NCBI RefSeq assembly: GCF_001194135.2
Contig: NC_069000.1
Location: forward strand, 17,099,256 to 17,162,431
From: Octopus bimaculoides
Taxonomy: Eukaryota
Length of the DNA: 63,176 bases
Direction of reading: 5' to 3'
Part shown: positions 11,817 through 23,589 of the stretch, in pieces
Layout of the letters: each line of letters opens with the position of its first letter
Numbering within the stretch: the first letter of the stretch is position 1
Made by a program: the position numbers and the translations under genes
Notes under the pieces: model-generated
Databases searched by the model: none
Told to the model about the DNA's origin: nothing
What the model saw: only the letters and a program-made list of their open reading frames with translations

Positions 11817-12626
11817 NNNNNNNNNNNNNNNNNNNNNNNNNNNNNNNNNNNNNNNNNNNNNNNNNNNNNNNNNNNNNNNNNNNNNNNNNNNNNNNNNNNN
11901 NNNNNNNNNNNNNNNNNNNNNNNNNNNNNNNNNNNNNNNNNNNNNNNNNNNNNNNNNNNNNNNNNNNNNNNNNNNNNNNNNNNNNNNNNNNNNNNNNNNN
12001 NNNNNNNNNNNNNNNNNNNNNNNNNNNNNNNNNNNNNNNNNNNNNNNNNNNNNNNNNNNNNNNNNNNNNNNNNNNNNNNNNNNNNNNNNNNNNNNNNNNN
12101 NNNNNNNNNNNNNNNNNNNNNNNNNNNNNNNNNNNNNNNNNNNNNNNNNNNNNNNNNNNNNNNNNNNNNNNNNNNNNNNNNNNNNNNNNNNNNNNNNNNN
12201 NNNNNNNNNNNNNNNNNNNNNNNNNNNNNNNNNNNNNNNNNNNNNNNNNNNNNNNNNNNNNNNNNNNNNNNNNNNNNNNNNNNNNNNNNNNNNNNNNNNN
12301 NNNNNNNNNNNNNNNNNNNNNNNNNNNNNNNNNNNNNNNNNNNNNNNNNNNNNNNNNNNNNNNNNNNNNNNNNNNNNNNNNNNNNNNNNNNNNNNNNNNA
12401 GATAGGTGGTAGTTATGGCAGTTGCCTGCCATAACTGTCACAACTGCCATCTCTGAAGAGCGCAAGGTTACATAATTGGGTTATTACCTAACACTCCGTT
12501 GAATCCCAAGTGCGAAACCGATTGGTAAGATCGGCCGTAATGGAGATATAATATTGTACACTTTGATTAATATATACCCATTCTATTGACAAATATTTTT
12601 TTTCTGACTTATGGATTCTTAGATGG

Positions 12627-12666
<40 letters not shown>

Positions 12667-14477
12667 TACGTAGATGAGATAAAATGATAAGTGAAGAAGA
12701 ACCCAGCCACAATTCTGTACAAATAATAGCTATATATCTACTTCATTTCAACTTCAAATTGCATGGTTAATGATGTATCCATTTTAGTAATTGAAAAAAA
12801 AAAATCTCGGACGAAATCGTGGTAACACTCGTCTATGTGAGTGTGTGTTATGTTATTGTTAATGATATGACTCAATGACAAAAACTGAAATTTCAAGTAA
12901 AAATCCAGCTCCGGTTGATTCAATAAAAACTTATAATTGTCACATAAAAAATTCACACGCTTCCCCTACACACACGCACACACACACACAGATAGATACA
13001 TAGATGCATATACATGCATACGCACACATATATTCATACATGCACTTAAATGAACTTAAATGGGCATTCAAGTAACTTATACACGGGCAAACTCAATCCT
13101 CACCGTACCACCAATGATGGGAGAACAAAATGTGTGTATGGGTGCGTGTATATATATATATATATATGCATGTATGTATATATGTGTTTATGTATTATCT
13201 ATCTTTCATGAGACCGGTGTTCGGCCAAACCTGACCTTTCTTTCTTGGTTCATCTACCATCCATGCAACATCTATATTCCTTCTCATGCCTGTCATCTCT
13301 AATGTCCCTGCCGTAAGGCTTTACTTCCACACACGCCAGCTTAATTTAATTCGTCCTCAGTCGAAAGACACCTGCTGTTTGCAATTGTATTTGTGTACCA
13401 TTTCTCAGTTTTTTTCCGTCCTTGTTTTCGTATACATTCGCGGCTTTCTTCCAATGAATCTAGATTTTCCTTGGGGCTGGCCAAATTGGAACAATCTTGA
13501 ATATAACCAGCCGAAACTGCAAAGATAATCTGGTACTCGACTGAGGAAAGAAAACTCCGAATGACCCGTCCTTGCTTTTTCTTGTCCCTTTTTGTATCAT
13601 CTAACTGTCTGGATGTTTTGTTGTCGCCAGTTGCGTTCTTGTTCCATTTTTGTATTCTTATATATATATATATATNNNNNNNNNNNNNNNNNNNNNNNNN
13701 NNNNNNNNNNNNNNNNNNNNNNNNNNNNNNNNNNNNNNNNNNNNNNNNNNNNNNNNNNNNNNNNNNNNNNNNNNNNNNNNNNNNNNNNNNNNNNNNNNNN
13801 NNNNNNNNNNNNNNNNNNNNNNNNNNNNNNNNNNNNNNNNNNNNNNNNNNNNNNNNNNNNNNNNNNNNNNNNNNNNNNNNNNNNNNNNNNNNNNNNNNNN
13901 NNNNNNNNNNNNNNNNNNNNNNNNNNNNNNNNNNNNNNNNNNNNNNNNNNNNNNNNNNNATATATATATACATATATGTATGTATGTATGTAGCGGGGCG
14001 AAAACCGGAGCAAAATGAGTAACTTCTGATTTCTATTTATGTTTCTACTACCTGTTTGAATTCGTTACAATGCAAGTATTGCAACATCAGTTTGTATTGC
14101 TACATAATATTGAGGAGTAAAAATTGGTCTACTAGTTGTTGTTGAAGTTGAGAGAGTCCGAAACATAGCTAGGTGGCAGGTACATTGATGGGATTTAAGC
14201 AAAAAAATCGGACTGTCCGTACTTTAAAATTTCATTTTATTTTTAAATTCGAAAATGAGTGGAACTTTTAAGGAGGGGTTTTAAAATTTAAAAAATTTTT
14301 TTTCTTTTTTCATAATCATATGATTTCCTGTCTGTAGAACACAAATTCGCAAAAACTTTCTGAAAATTTCACCCCTCAAAATGTCATGATGTCTTATATG
14401 GGGTTCTTAAAACAGAACCCCCACCTATATATGTATAATATATGTATGTGTAGATGTGTGTGTGTGTGTGTGTGTGT

Positions 14478-14850
14478 GTTTAATAACGTATCTAACGCGG
14501 AAAGACACACAGACTGAGACACATACACACTCGTACACTTACGCTCACAGACCGATACACAGTCATATACAAAATGTGATGTCATTGTCGTTGTGGTATA
14601 AAATGTCCTGTTGACAATAGAAAGATTATCTCTATGAAATGTTATATAGTTTTAATCGGAATGAAAATAAAATTTCGTATTGACAATGACCAGCCCTCAC
14701 ATACATATAGTATGTTTAATAACGTATCTAACTCGGAACGACACACACACGCACTGTGAGACGTATACACACTCATACACTCACATTAACAGACAAATAC
14801 ACAGTCATATAGAAAATATGACGTCGTCGTCAACGTTGTGGTTAGAATTA
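14478..14850. repeat. Diverged ~130-bp direct duplication (14478-14605 / 14714-14850)
   Basis: Both start tttaataacgtatctaac.cggaa.gacacacac and contain atacacagtcatata.aaaat.tga. Confidence 0.8.
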
Positions 14851-15232
14851 AACGTAAAAGTATAAAAGTGAAACATTATATCACATTGCAATATAGATGT
14901 TATTCTTTCACTTTTATTCTTTGACTTTTGACACGTAATACTGAATAAGTGTCAATGTAGCATTGTTTTAATGCAAATGACAAAAAAAAATTACATGTTG
15001 ACACTCACGGGGTTTGATACTATTGCCGTGTAAAATTTGATTTGATTTGGTTGAAACGTTTGAGAATGAATTGGGAACACTTAGAAAGAGACAAAGGATT
15101 ATATATATATATATTATTTATTAATTCATAATAGAATATAAAGATAAAAATCATGTTAATGATTTTTATCAGGTAGTCAGTATGCTATAAAAATTCATAG
15201 GCAATTTATACATTAAATTAATGACGATATAA

Positions 15233-15370
15233 ATATGTATATAATTATTTTAAGGGAGCAAGGATGAAAACGACCTGTCTTCAGCAGTGCCGATACCTTC
15301 ATCGGCACTACAATCATGCTGGAGATAGGCCGTTTTCATCCTTGGTCCCTTAATATAATTATATACATAT
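15233..15370. mobile_element. Foldback/MITE-like palindrome, TTAA-GGG...CCC-TTAA core
   Basis: Arms taagggagcaaggatgaaaacgacctgtcttcagca / tgctggagataggccgttttcatccttggtccctta, with inner hairpin gtgccgat/atcggcac. Confidence 0.75.
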
Positions 15371-15530
15371 GTACATTATTATTAATTATATAAACGCATA
15401 TACCAATGCCTTGTGTATTTACCAAATACACAAGTTATCAGTCAACATGGGTCTATAATAGAAGACATGTGAACATGATGCTACTAATCTAGAACCCCCT
15501 TATTTTGAAGCAAAATTAATCCCGTATTAT

Positions 15531-16220
15531 AGGGCTTTCCTATAAGGTGTTATCCACCCCTGATTGGAACTCTCCCGTATGACATGTACGCATGCTCAGT
15601 GACTTGCTTTAACAGTTGCAATCAGCTGAATGCACATTGCCAGTGACATTTAACATAATTACCCACACTCTGTGGTCAGGATTCTTTTTTTGGTTTGATG
15701 TCGGTATCGAAGGGATTACCAGACACCGGACAATACAGTGAGAGCAGCTTTCNNNNNNNNNNNNNNNNNNNNNNNNNNNNNNNNNNNNNNNNNNNNNNNN
15801 NNNNNNNNNNNNNNNNNNNNNNNNNNNNNNNNNNNNNNNNNNNNNNNNNNNNNNNNNNNNNNNNNNNNNNNCGAGAGCAGATATAAGCTTCTGCTTATTC
15901 CTGTCTGAAGTATCGTCTGATACTTCAGGCTTATCGTCCGATGAATTTACTTTGTTGACATTCTTCATCGACAAAATTTTTATTCCTTTCAACCTTTCAG
16001 TCAAGTCCGCCTTTCTTCCAGTAACATACTGTCCATATAATCTTAAATATTCCTTTAACTCAGACACAGTAAGTACTTCGATAGCTGAATCATCAAGCTG
16101 CTTTATATCCATGATAAGACGTAAAACAATAACAATGGCGTGGGTTAGCCTCCGGAAGTTTAATTATCTACATGGAGCGCCGCCTAGCCAAGGGAGATAA
16201 CCTACTTATAGGAAAGCCCT
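15531..16220 (-). mobile_element. 690-bp TIR DNA transposon derivative, ISL2EU-like
   Basis: 16-bp perfect TIR AGGGCTTTCCTATAAG (about 25 bp imperfect); AT dinucleotide on both sides; carries a SAP + SWIM-like ORF. Confidence 0.75.
15609..16112 (-). pseudogene. Truncated SAP-domain + SWIM-finger ORF (N-terminus of a transposon accessory, YqaJ-type protein)
   Basis: LTVSELKEYLRLYGQYVTGRKADLTERL fits the SAP consensus; VWVIMLNVTGNVHSADCNC* is the first half of a SWIM-type finger; stop right after CxC; gap inside. Confidence 0.7.
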
Positions 16221-16810
16221 ATGCAGTCGTATTTCCGCCAAATACCCAATCTTTCTGCTGTCTTCACGGCTATACTGCGTTCGAAATATTACTTCCTTGT
16301 CTCTACAATACGTTACACATTCGACGCTTCCAAAACTAAAAAAAAAAAAAAGTTTTCTGTTTCCTGTCTTTCTATGACCCTCAGCCGAGCTCTCAAACTT
16401 TTAAGTGATAGCTCACACATATACCACTAACCAGCTAACGCATATCACTTCAGCACTTACTAGGAAGAGCCTTTTATATCAGAATAGAAAGTGCAATTAT
16501 ATATTAATGAATTTGCAGTAAAATACCCTCAGACCTACTTGTTGTGAAGAGAAAACTTGCACTCTTTTAATATCCAGTTCACACGTTGCGTTTCTAAGTT
16601 TCGACTCTGGAAATTATGATAAGCCTAATTATAGGTCTGGTTGATAAGGGCCGATTTGAGACTAAATAAACAATCCCCACCATTATACACCTATAATAAT
16701 TATACCACCATCACTTTCAGTATCACCACGCTCATTACCATCACCACTATCAATGCTCATATCAGTCTCTCAACCATTCGGCTACTTAACATACCGTTGT
16801 AGTAACGCCG

Positions 16811-16837
16811 TGCGCATGCGTAGTCTCACGCATGCGT
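16811..16837. promoter_or_regulatory. Two NRF-1-like GCGCATGCG palindromes in a CpG-rich patch; putative core promoter
   Basis: TGCGCATGCG (16811-16820) and ACGCATGCGT (16828-16837); donor-like sites point away on both strands. Confidence 0.5.
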
Positions 16838-17272
16838 GGAATTAAACAAGCAAGCTTTCCCGCTTAATTCTATCTCTTTCTCGGTCGGCCGGCCATGAGC
16901 ATGGACGTGTCAAGCAGTGTCTCCAGCATTCCAACTCTGGAGACAGTCTCTTTACGTGTTTAGCTGTCACTCTCCATCTTTCGGACTTACATCTACATAA
17001 CAACGTCCCAACAACTATGCTCACACACACAGAAGCTGTAACAACAAGAGGTAAAGATATATATATTCACCACCTGAATAAATGTTGTTTAAGTTGATAG
17101 TCTGGAGTTCAGCGTTTCGTTATATTTCTAATTTTATATAGGAAAGTCAGGTATACATCTAATGATGTATAACCAACTTTCCTATACCGTCTTCTTCGGC
17201 TTGACATTATCGAGGTCAATTCAAAAATATACCTAACTCATTATGCATTTTATGATTTCGCTCTGTTTAGTG

Positions 17273-17532
17273 CGGTGTTTCTCAACCATTTTTTTAATCT
17301 ATGAAGCCCTTTGATACCTATTTTGACTGGATGTATCCTTCTAACCATCTGATGTTTTAAAAAAATCATATTATATTATTATAATTAAATATTGGGAATT
17401 GTTTAAAAAGAAGTGTTAAAATATTTTCTGTATTGTAGAAGTAGAACCAGAATTGATTGCAGTTAAATTTTAACTACAAAATCTTATATGGATCCTAAGG
17501 ACTATATGGACATCACTGGTTAAGAGTGTTTA
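17273..17532 (+). mobile_element. hAT (Charlie-like) MITE, degenerate
   Basis: TIR-like c.gtgtttctcaacc; internal sequence aligns with 48956-49191. Confidence 0.6.
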
Positions 17533-18174
17533 ATATCTTTCACATATATTCTTCCGTCGAAAAAACAATAGAAAATATGAATAATATATTTGTGTTCAGG
17601 AATATGACCGATCGGCATGTAGTTTGTCTACTCCCGTCCTAACAAAGGAAATGAAAAGTCAAGTTGTTCCCGCCTCAGGAAACACAATGAAAACTAAATT
17701 AGCAGCAGTAGTAGTAGTAGTAGTGATGGTGGTGGTGGTGGTGCTGTTGTTGGCGGTGGAGGTGGCAGCAGCAGTAATTGGATGAGGAAACTCAAGTATG
17801 ATAAATGGAATTCTACAAGTGGTGGCGATATCATGTTATTATTTATATTTTTTTTTAAAGAAGTAATCAAAGCGTACATTATATAATAGGCCCTTCCTTT
17901 TCTGTTAAAACGATGGGTTCTTATTTGATAAACGTTTGGTTGCTTGCTAGAACTAGCCAAACGAATGAACACTTTTGTTCGTAAAGATAACTCTGGAGTA
18001 TGTTTGTGCGTGTGTGTGTTTTGTGAATGTGTGATTCGTGTGTGAGTATTTGCTTTGAGTGAGTGTGTGTGTGTGTATGTGTGCTGATAATTTTAGTTCT
18101 GTTTAACATCACAGTAACTTCTGATTGAAGTCAATTATTATTTCCATCACCATCACCACCACGACGGTAGCAGA

Positions 18175-18355
18175 AATGTTACAGGCACTGGAAAAAAAAA
18201 AACGCATTTCATCTGGGGTTTTTCCGTTGTTAATTCACATTATACCGAGGTCGACTTTGCCTTTCATCTTTTCGGTTGGGCACTGAGGTCGATGTTATCG
18301 ATTAGCCTATTCCTCCAAAATATCAGGCCTTCTACCTATAAGTAGAAAATTTATT
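18175..18355 (+). mobile_element. SINE S3
   Basis: ccgaggtcgactttgcctttcatcttttcgg...gatgttatcgat...ggccttctacctataagtagaaaatttattat. Confidence 0.8.
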
Positions 18356-18714
18356 ATCTCTTTCTTTCTCACCTTCACTCCCCCCTCTCTCTCTCTCACT
18401 GGAAGGAATCGGACGCATTCAAACCGAGAGAGAGACGTGACCCACCAGGTACAAAATGATCGCGACAACTCTGTATCTCACAACTTCACTACGGCTCCAT
18501 TAGAACTTTATAAGACTTCAAAGAAGGACACTTATGTTATCAAGACAGAAAGCCAAAGCATAAACTAAATACTGTTAAACGTTTAATCTCGCACTCTTAC
18601 ATCTCTCACTACACAATTTTTCGAAGAATTGGAGATAATTTATGCATATTTTACATGGTTTAATCAGGTAGCTACAAGCTAAGCCTGCAGCATCTGCAAG
18701 CATTCTGAGACAGT

Positions 18715-18880
18715 CAGGGTCGGCCATAGGGTTGCTGGCGCCCCGGTCAAGTTGAACTTTGGCGTGTATAAGCTGACGGTCGTGGAAATTTTCTTGTCTT
18801 TGTAACGCCCAGCTTGGCGCCCCCTAGCACATGGCACCCCAGGCGACTGCCCGAGTTGCCCGTACCTTGAGCCGACCCTG
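18715..18880. mobile_element. 166-bp hAT MITE with perfect 8-bp TSD
   Basis: TIR CAGGGTCGGC/GCCGACCCTG; TSD GAGACAGT at 18707-18714 and 18881-18888. Confidence 0.92.
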
Positions 18881-18905
18881 GAGACAGTTGAGATTGATAT
18901 AGTTG

Positions 18906-19187
18906 ATTATTTACAACTGATGGATATTTGTCCTCATTTTGTTTGTTGTTAACACAACGTTTCGGCTGATATACCCTCCAGCCTTCATCAGGTGTCTTGG
19001 GGAAATTTCAAACCTGGGTTCTCATTCCTATGGTATTTTTCGAAGTTGTTGTTGTTGTTATTATTATTATTATTATTCAGGTCACTGCCTGGAATTGAAC
19101 TCAGAATCTTGGGGCTAGTACCCCGCGCTCTTAACCACTACGTCATATGCCCAAGATGAGGACAAATATCCGTCAAATGTAGATAAT
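18906..19187 (-). mobile_element. tRNA-headed short element with Penelope-type hammerhead-like tail and inverted terminal duplication
   Basis: tRNA-like head 19152-19080 (A box TGACGTAGTGG, B box GAGTTCAATTCC); (AAT)n(AAC)n spacer; CTGATGA-A-GGCTG...CAGCC-GAAAC at 18991-18959; 36-nt inverted repeat, 5 mismatches (18906-18941 / 19152-19187). Confidence 0.7.
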
Positions 19188-20929
19188 GCATTCTTAATAG
19201 GTCAAGCAACTGTGCAAGCAAAGTAGATGTGGGGAGCCCTATTTATACTAGGGACAAATTACGATCAAACTCCAGCAAAAAAAAAATTAAAAAATAGTGC
19301 AATGGGTGTAAAACAACGTAGTAAACGAATATGAAAATAATGCGCGCTAGCGAATGGGGGGGGGGGAGAACTCGGAAAATTCACATCGGGAATGTTCCGA
19401 GTCTTCTTACCCCGCTCGCCAGCGTACATTTTTGTTTTTTCATATTCGTCTACTACATGTTGTTTTACACCGATTGCACTATTTATTAATATTCTTCTTC
19501 TTTTTTTGCTCGTGTCAAACACTGGAGTTTGACCCAAATTACAAGTTCATAAGAGCTTGTGGGGGCACTTCTATGATGAGAAAAAATAACGAAACTATAT
19601 ATATAAGTGCTGAAAAGTTCCTTTGTTGGAACCTCCAACAAAGTAGCTTTGTTGAGACAGTTTCGAAGCTGATGTATGCGGATTTCAACTGTATTTCGTT
19701 TGACTGTTCGGAACGAGCGATGGGTCAAAAATGCAAGTGGACGCCGATCGCTAATCATTTCTTTTAGATTGCCAACTAGTTTCCTCCCTAATCTATTTCT
19801 CTCTATCATAAACTCTTTCATAAGCGTTATAGGAAGCTTCCTCGCCTGAAAGTACAACCACATTAACTCCAACTGCAACAGCAACGAGCAGCAGAAAAAA
19901 AGCCAAACCACCGTTAGTGAAGGAACTTACTACTATCACTCGAAAGAGGAAGCCTCATAAAGGAGCCCTGTTCCTCAAACCAACACAAATACCATCAAGA
20001 AACTACGTAAAGGTTTCGTTTTCATTGTCTTATTCTGATTTCTGGTACGTCGACAAAGTAGGTTTCCGATTGGTTAAAATTGCATAATTTAAAGTGCTTG
20101 TAACTTTTTTTATTATCAATTTCTAGGAAAATGAATGCAGCTTTTTGTCATCAGCATGCAAAACTACATTAGGGTAGAACATTTGAAGAGTATCTAATGA
20201 AAATTTGAAATATTTTCAGTGACTGGAAAGAATCTAACAAGATTCTCAATTACATATATTTTAGAATGTGGGATAAAATAGAATGATGAAGAATACCGAG
20301 ACAAAAAAACGCACCAAAAGATTCTTTTTCATTTGTGATAGCTATTCCGTAAATCTGCCAGGAAAGCGTTAGTAATGTAGTGTTATTAGGTTCATAATCA
20401 ATCGATTGTCAGCAGATGAGATCGGTAACATCTTCCCGTTGTTAATGTGGAGACGGGGTCAGCTTGATGTAACAGTGAGTAATTGGAATATTTTCTTCTG
20501 GCTGCTAATATAACTACCAAAAATAGCCTGATAGGTGATACTTAGGTGATATTTCGTTATTTGGAAAATTGTTTTACAGGAGCTGCTTTCATTTCACGTT
20601 CTTTATTGCTTGAAGTAATGCCTTAAATAACGAGAGAATAATAAAGCATGACTACTGTGATGTGGTGATTTCAATCAGTTGTCTCCTTCAGAAAATTTTC
20701 TTGCTTTATTTACCCGTTGGGTAACACCAAAATTTAGCATTTCACACCCTTCAGAATTGTCCGACAGTACATAATGCTTTCTCTCCACCCAGCCTCCCTT
20801 CATTCTTTCCTCTCCTCCTCCTTCGCTCTCTCTTCAGGTAGAGGACTCTCAGAGACAAAGTAAAAAGCCTGCATTATTCAACATTTAACGCATTAATCTT
20901 AACAGCCTTAAATAGCTCACGATATCCAT

Positions 20930-21265
20930 GGGCACTGCCCCTAATACTTTCTACTGTAGGCATAGGGCCTGAAATTTTGAGGCGAGGGTCAGTCAGTTAC
21001 ATCAACCACAGTACTTGGACTGGTACTTCATTTCACCAACCCTGAAAGGATAAAAGGCAAAGACGACCTCGGCGTTTTTTCAACTCAGAACGTAGAGCTA
21101 AGAGAAATGCCGCGAAGCATTTTGTCCGACATGCAGAAGTTTCTGCCAGCTCCCCGCCTCTATAATTATAGTAATAATAATCCTTTCTTATTTTAGAATG
21201 AGACCAGCAATTTTGAGAAGTGGGGCAAGTCGATTATATTGGCCCCAGCGCTCAAGTTTCAAATA
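20930..21265 (-). mobile_element. Two adjacent SINE S3 copies (20930-21155, 21172-21265)
   Basis: ctgaaaggataaaaggcaaagacgacctcggc...ttctgccagctccccgcc; second copy is a 3' end only. Confidence 0.8.
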
Positions 21266-21269
21266 CTGA

Positions 21270-23545
21270 ATTTCGTGAGAAAATTATTCCAGCATTAGAC
21301 CAATATAACAGTTACAAACCTGTAAATGCACCAAGAAATATTATAAAACAAAAATCGTTGACAGACATTGACCAAATAAAAGAAAATACAAAATCAGAAT
21401 TGAGAAACTACCCAGTGAATACAACTCACAAATTAACAGACAAAAACTAAGTCAAAGTCATACAAGAAAAATGTTCACGTGAAGAAGTAAATATCATGAG
21501 ACATACTATCAGAAATAATCTAACTGGTGAGCAAACTATTGCAGCTGGATATACTAAAGAGATTACCAACAATTTATTAATGCTGGTAAAATGACAAGTG
21601 ATCTGAGACAACTTGAAGAGCAAGTAATTGCTGAATGGATCAAAGTCCAAAATATGAACTTTTTGCTCCCCAAAACGATGAAACAAACAAAGAAAAAAAA
21701 ATTAAGAACTACAAACCCATAATATGCTTTACAACGATATACAAGATCCTTACATCCGTCCTAAAAGAATGCACATATGCTTTCCTCATCAAAATTTCCC
21801 TGGTGAACAAAAAAGGCCATAACGTGGATCATATGGCTGCAGGGATAAACTGTTAGGGGAAAAAAAAATGATTTCTAAAGATCGTCACTGCAGTAAAAAT
21901 ACTCTGAGTGGCCTGGAGAGAGTACATGAAGGCATTTTATAGTCGTCCTCAGAGCTGGATAGAGGGATGCCTGGAGACATTCAAAATTCACCAGCAATCA
22001 GGAATTTTGCATCATCTTATACCACGAAGCTCTAGAAACCAACATTAATTCTAAATACGGACCCTACAAATATAAATTCTGGATACGCCAATATTAATTG
22101 TGGAATCTTTCAAGGAGACTCATTATCTCCTTTGTTATTCTACCTAGCACCGTTTTCTTTATGCAAGCTCCTGAATGTACAGATTATAGATATAAGATGT
22201 ATGAAAAACCCATAAATTATCTAAGATTTAAAACCTTGCGCATATATGATTGACAACTGTAGGCACTCCTAATCGGTCAGGCAATTTAGTGATGACTTCA
22301 AAATGGAATTTATGGTTGGCAAATACACCAATGCTACATTGCCAAGAGGAAGCTATTAAACACAAAGTATTTATGAGTATGTCAAGGAGACAGCATAAAT
22401 ACAATCACAAATAAAGAAAAAGATAAAGGAGTGCTATGGAAGAGAAAGAGCTATTCTGAAAACCAAGTTGAATACCGGAAACAAAATCGATGCCTTAAAC
22501 ACACAAACCACACTTGTAATCACATAGAGCTTCAATATTATAAACTGGTCCATCCATGTTTGAAATCAACAAAGCTTATGTCAAAATTCGAAAGCTGATG
22601 ACAATGTATCGTATTCATCATCCAAAAGCAGACACATACCAAATATACCTCTTCAGAAAAGAAGGTGGTCTGGTCTTATACAATCTTAGTTCTCATTGAA
22701 AATTGTAACCATGGGACTTTCTGCCTACTTGCATCCAGTAAAACGACTAGATGTTAAAGCTGGCTCTGAAATATGAAGGTACTAAGAAGTTGCACTCAGT
22801 GAACGAAAATATATACCCTCGAGTATGAACCAGTACCCGAAGAAAATGTATCCCCAACTGATCATATAAAACAAATAAAAAACAACCAGACAAACCAGCC
22901 TCTACTATACTAAGGAGAAATGGGAACAAAAGCTACTGCATGGCAAATACCCCAATAGAGTCAGGGACACTGATGTACATAACATCCTTACTCACTGGTA
23001 CCTGATATCTTCTGGTCTCAAACCAGGGACTGAGGGGCAAATCATTACTGCTCAGGATTTGTCCCTTCTAGCTAGGAATTACCAAAGTAATGTCCTGAAA
23101 GATGAAAGGAGCCAATCTTGCCGCATTTGTGGAGATCATCCAGAGACAAGAGACCACATAATCTCTGGATGCAGCTGACTGGCACCAAGAAAATACTTGC
23201 TCAGACATGACTGAGAAGTTCAGTAAATAAACTAGTCAATATGCCTCACATACATATTTTCTCACAGCAGTAAGTGGTGCGAACACAAGCCATCACAAGT
23301 TGTGCAGAAAGCAGACGGTTGCCATCCTTCGGAATTTCAATGTTTAGACTGAGAAATGTAGGCTAACCGACCTGATATCATTGTTAAAAAAGACTTGTCT
23401 TCTGATTGATGTTGTAACCTCAGCTGACATTAAGACAGCTCTGAAAACGTTTGAGAAACTGAGTAACTTGGAGGTTGAACTCAGAAGACTGTGGCATCTC
23501 AAAGCAACAACATTATCCATTGTTATTGGGGCATTTTGATGGCTA
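21270..23545 (+). mobile_element. Degenerate R4/Dong-clade retrotransposon (RT, zinc knuckle, RLE)
   Basis: NYKPIICFTTIYKILTS, GIFQGDSLSPLLF, IHHPKAD, KWEQKLLHGKYP, GLKPGTEGQIITAQD, CRICGDHPETRDHIISGC, RHD, NRPDIIVKKTCLLIDV, LRRLWHLKATTLSIVIGA; many stops and frameshifts. Confidence 0.88.
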
Positions 23546-23589
23546 CGGAGATTCAGCAGGTTTACCAGACAAATAGATAGTATCATAGA

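Noticed and set aside
12413-12434. Perfect 9-bp hairpin TTATGGCAG-TTGC-CTGCCATAA
   Set aside because: Isolated, next to a gap, with no CTRR end or U-tract; no function assignable.
13185-13660. Possible second hammerhead (ctgagga-aagaaaactc-cgaat at about 13540) with an upstream 11-bp antisense copy
   Set aside because: GAAA is GAAT, stem II is mismatched and no stems I/III can be drawn; may be a Penelope terminal repeat, but unsupported from sequence alone.
17694-17972. Pro/Leu-rich ORF
   Set aside because: Produced by (AGT)/(GGT)/(AGC) trinucleotide runs.
19354-19911. 137-aa and 141-aa overlapping ORFs
   Set aside because: No recognisable motif or splice context; treated as non-coding CpG-rich sequence.
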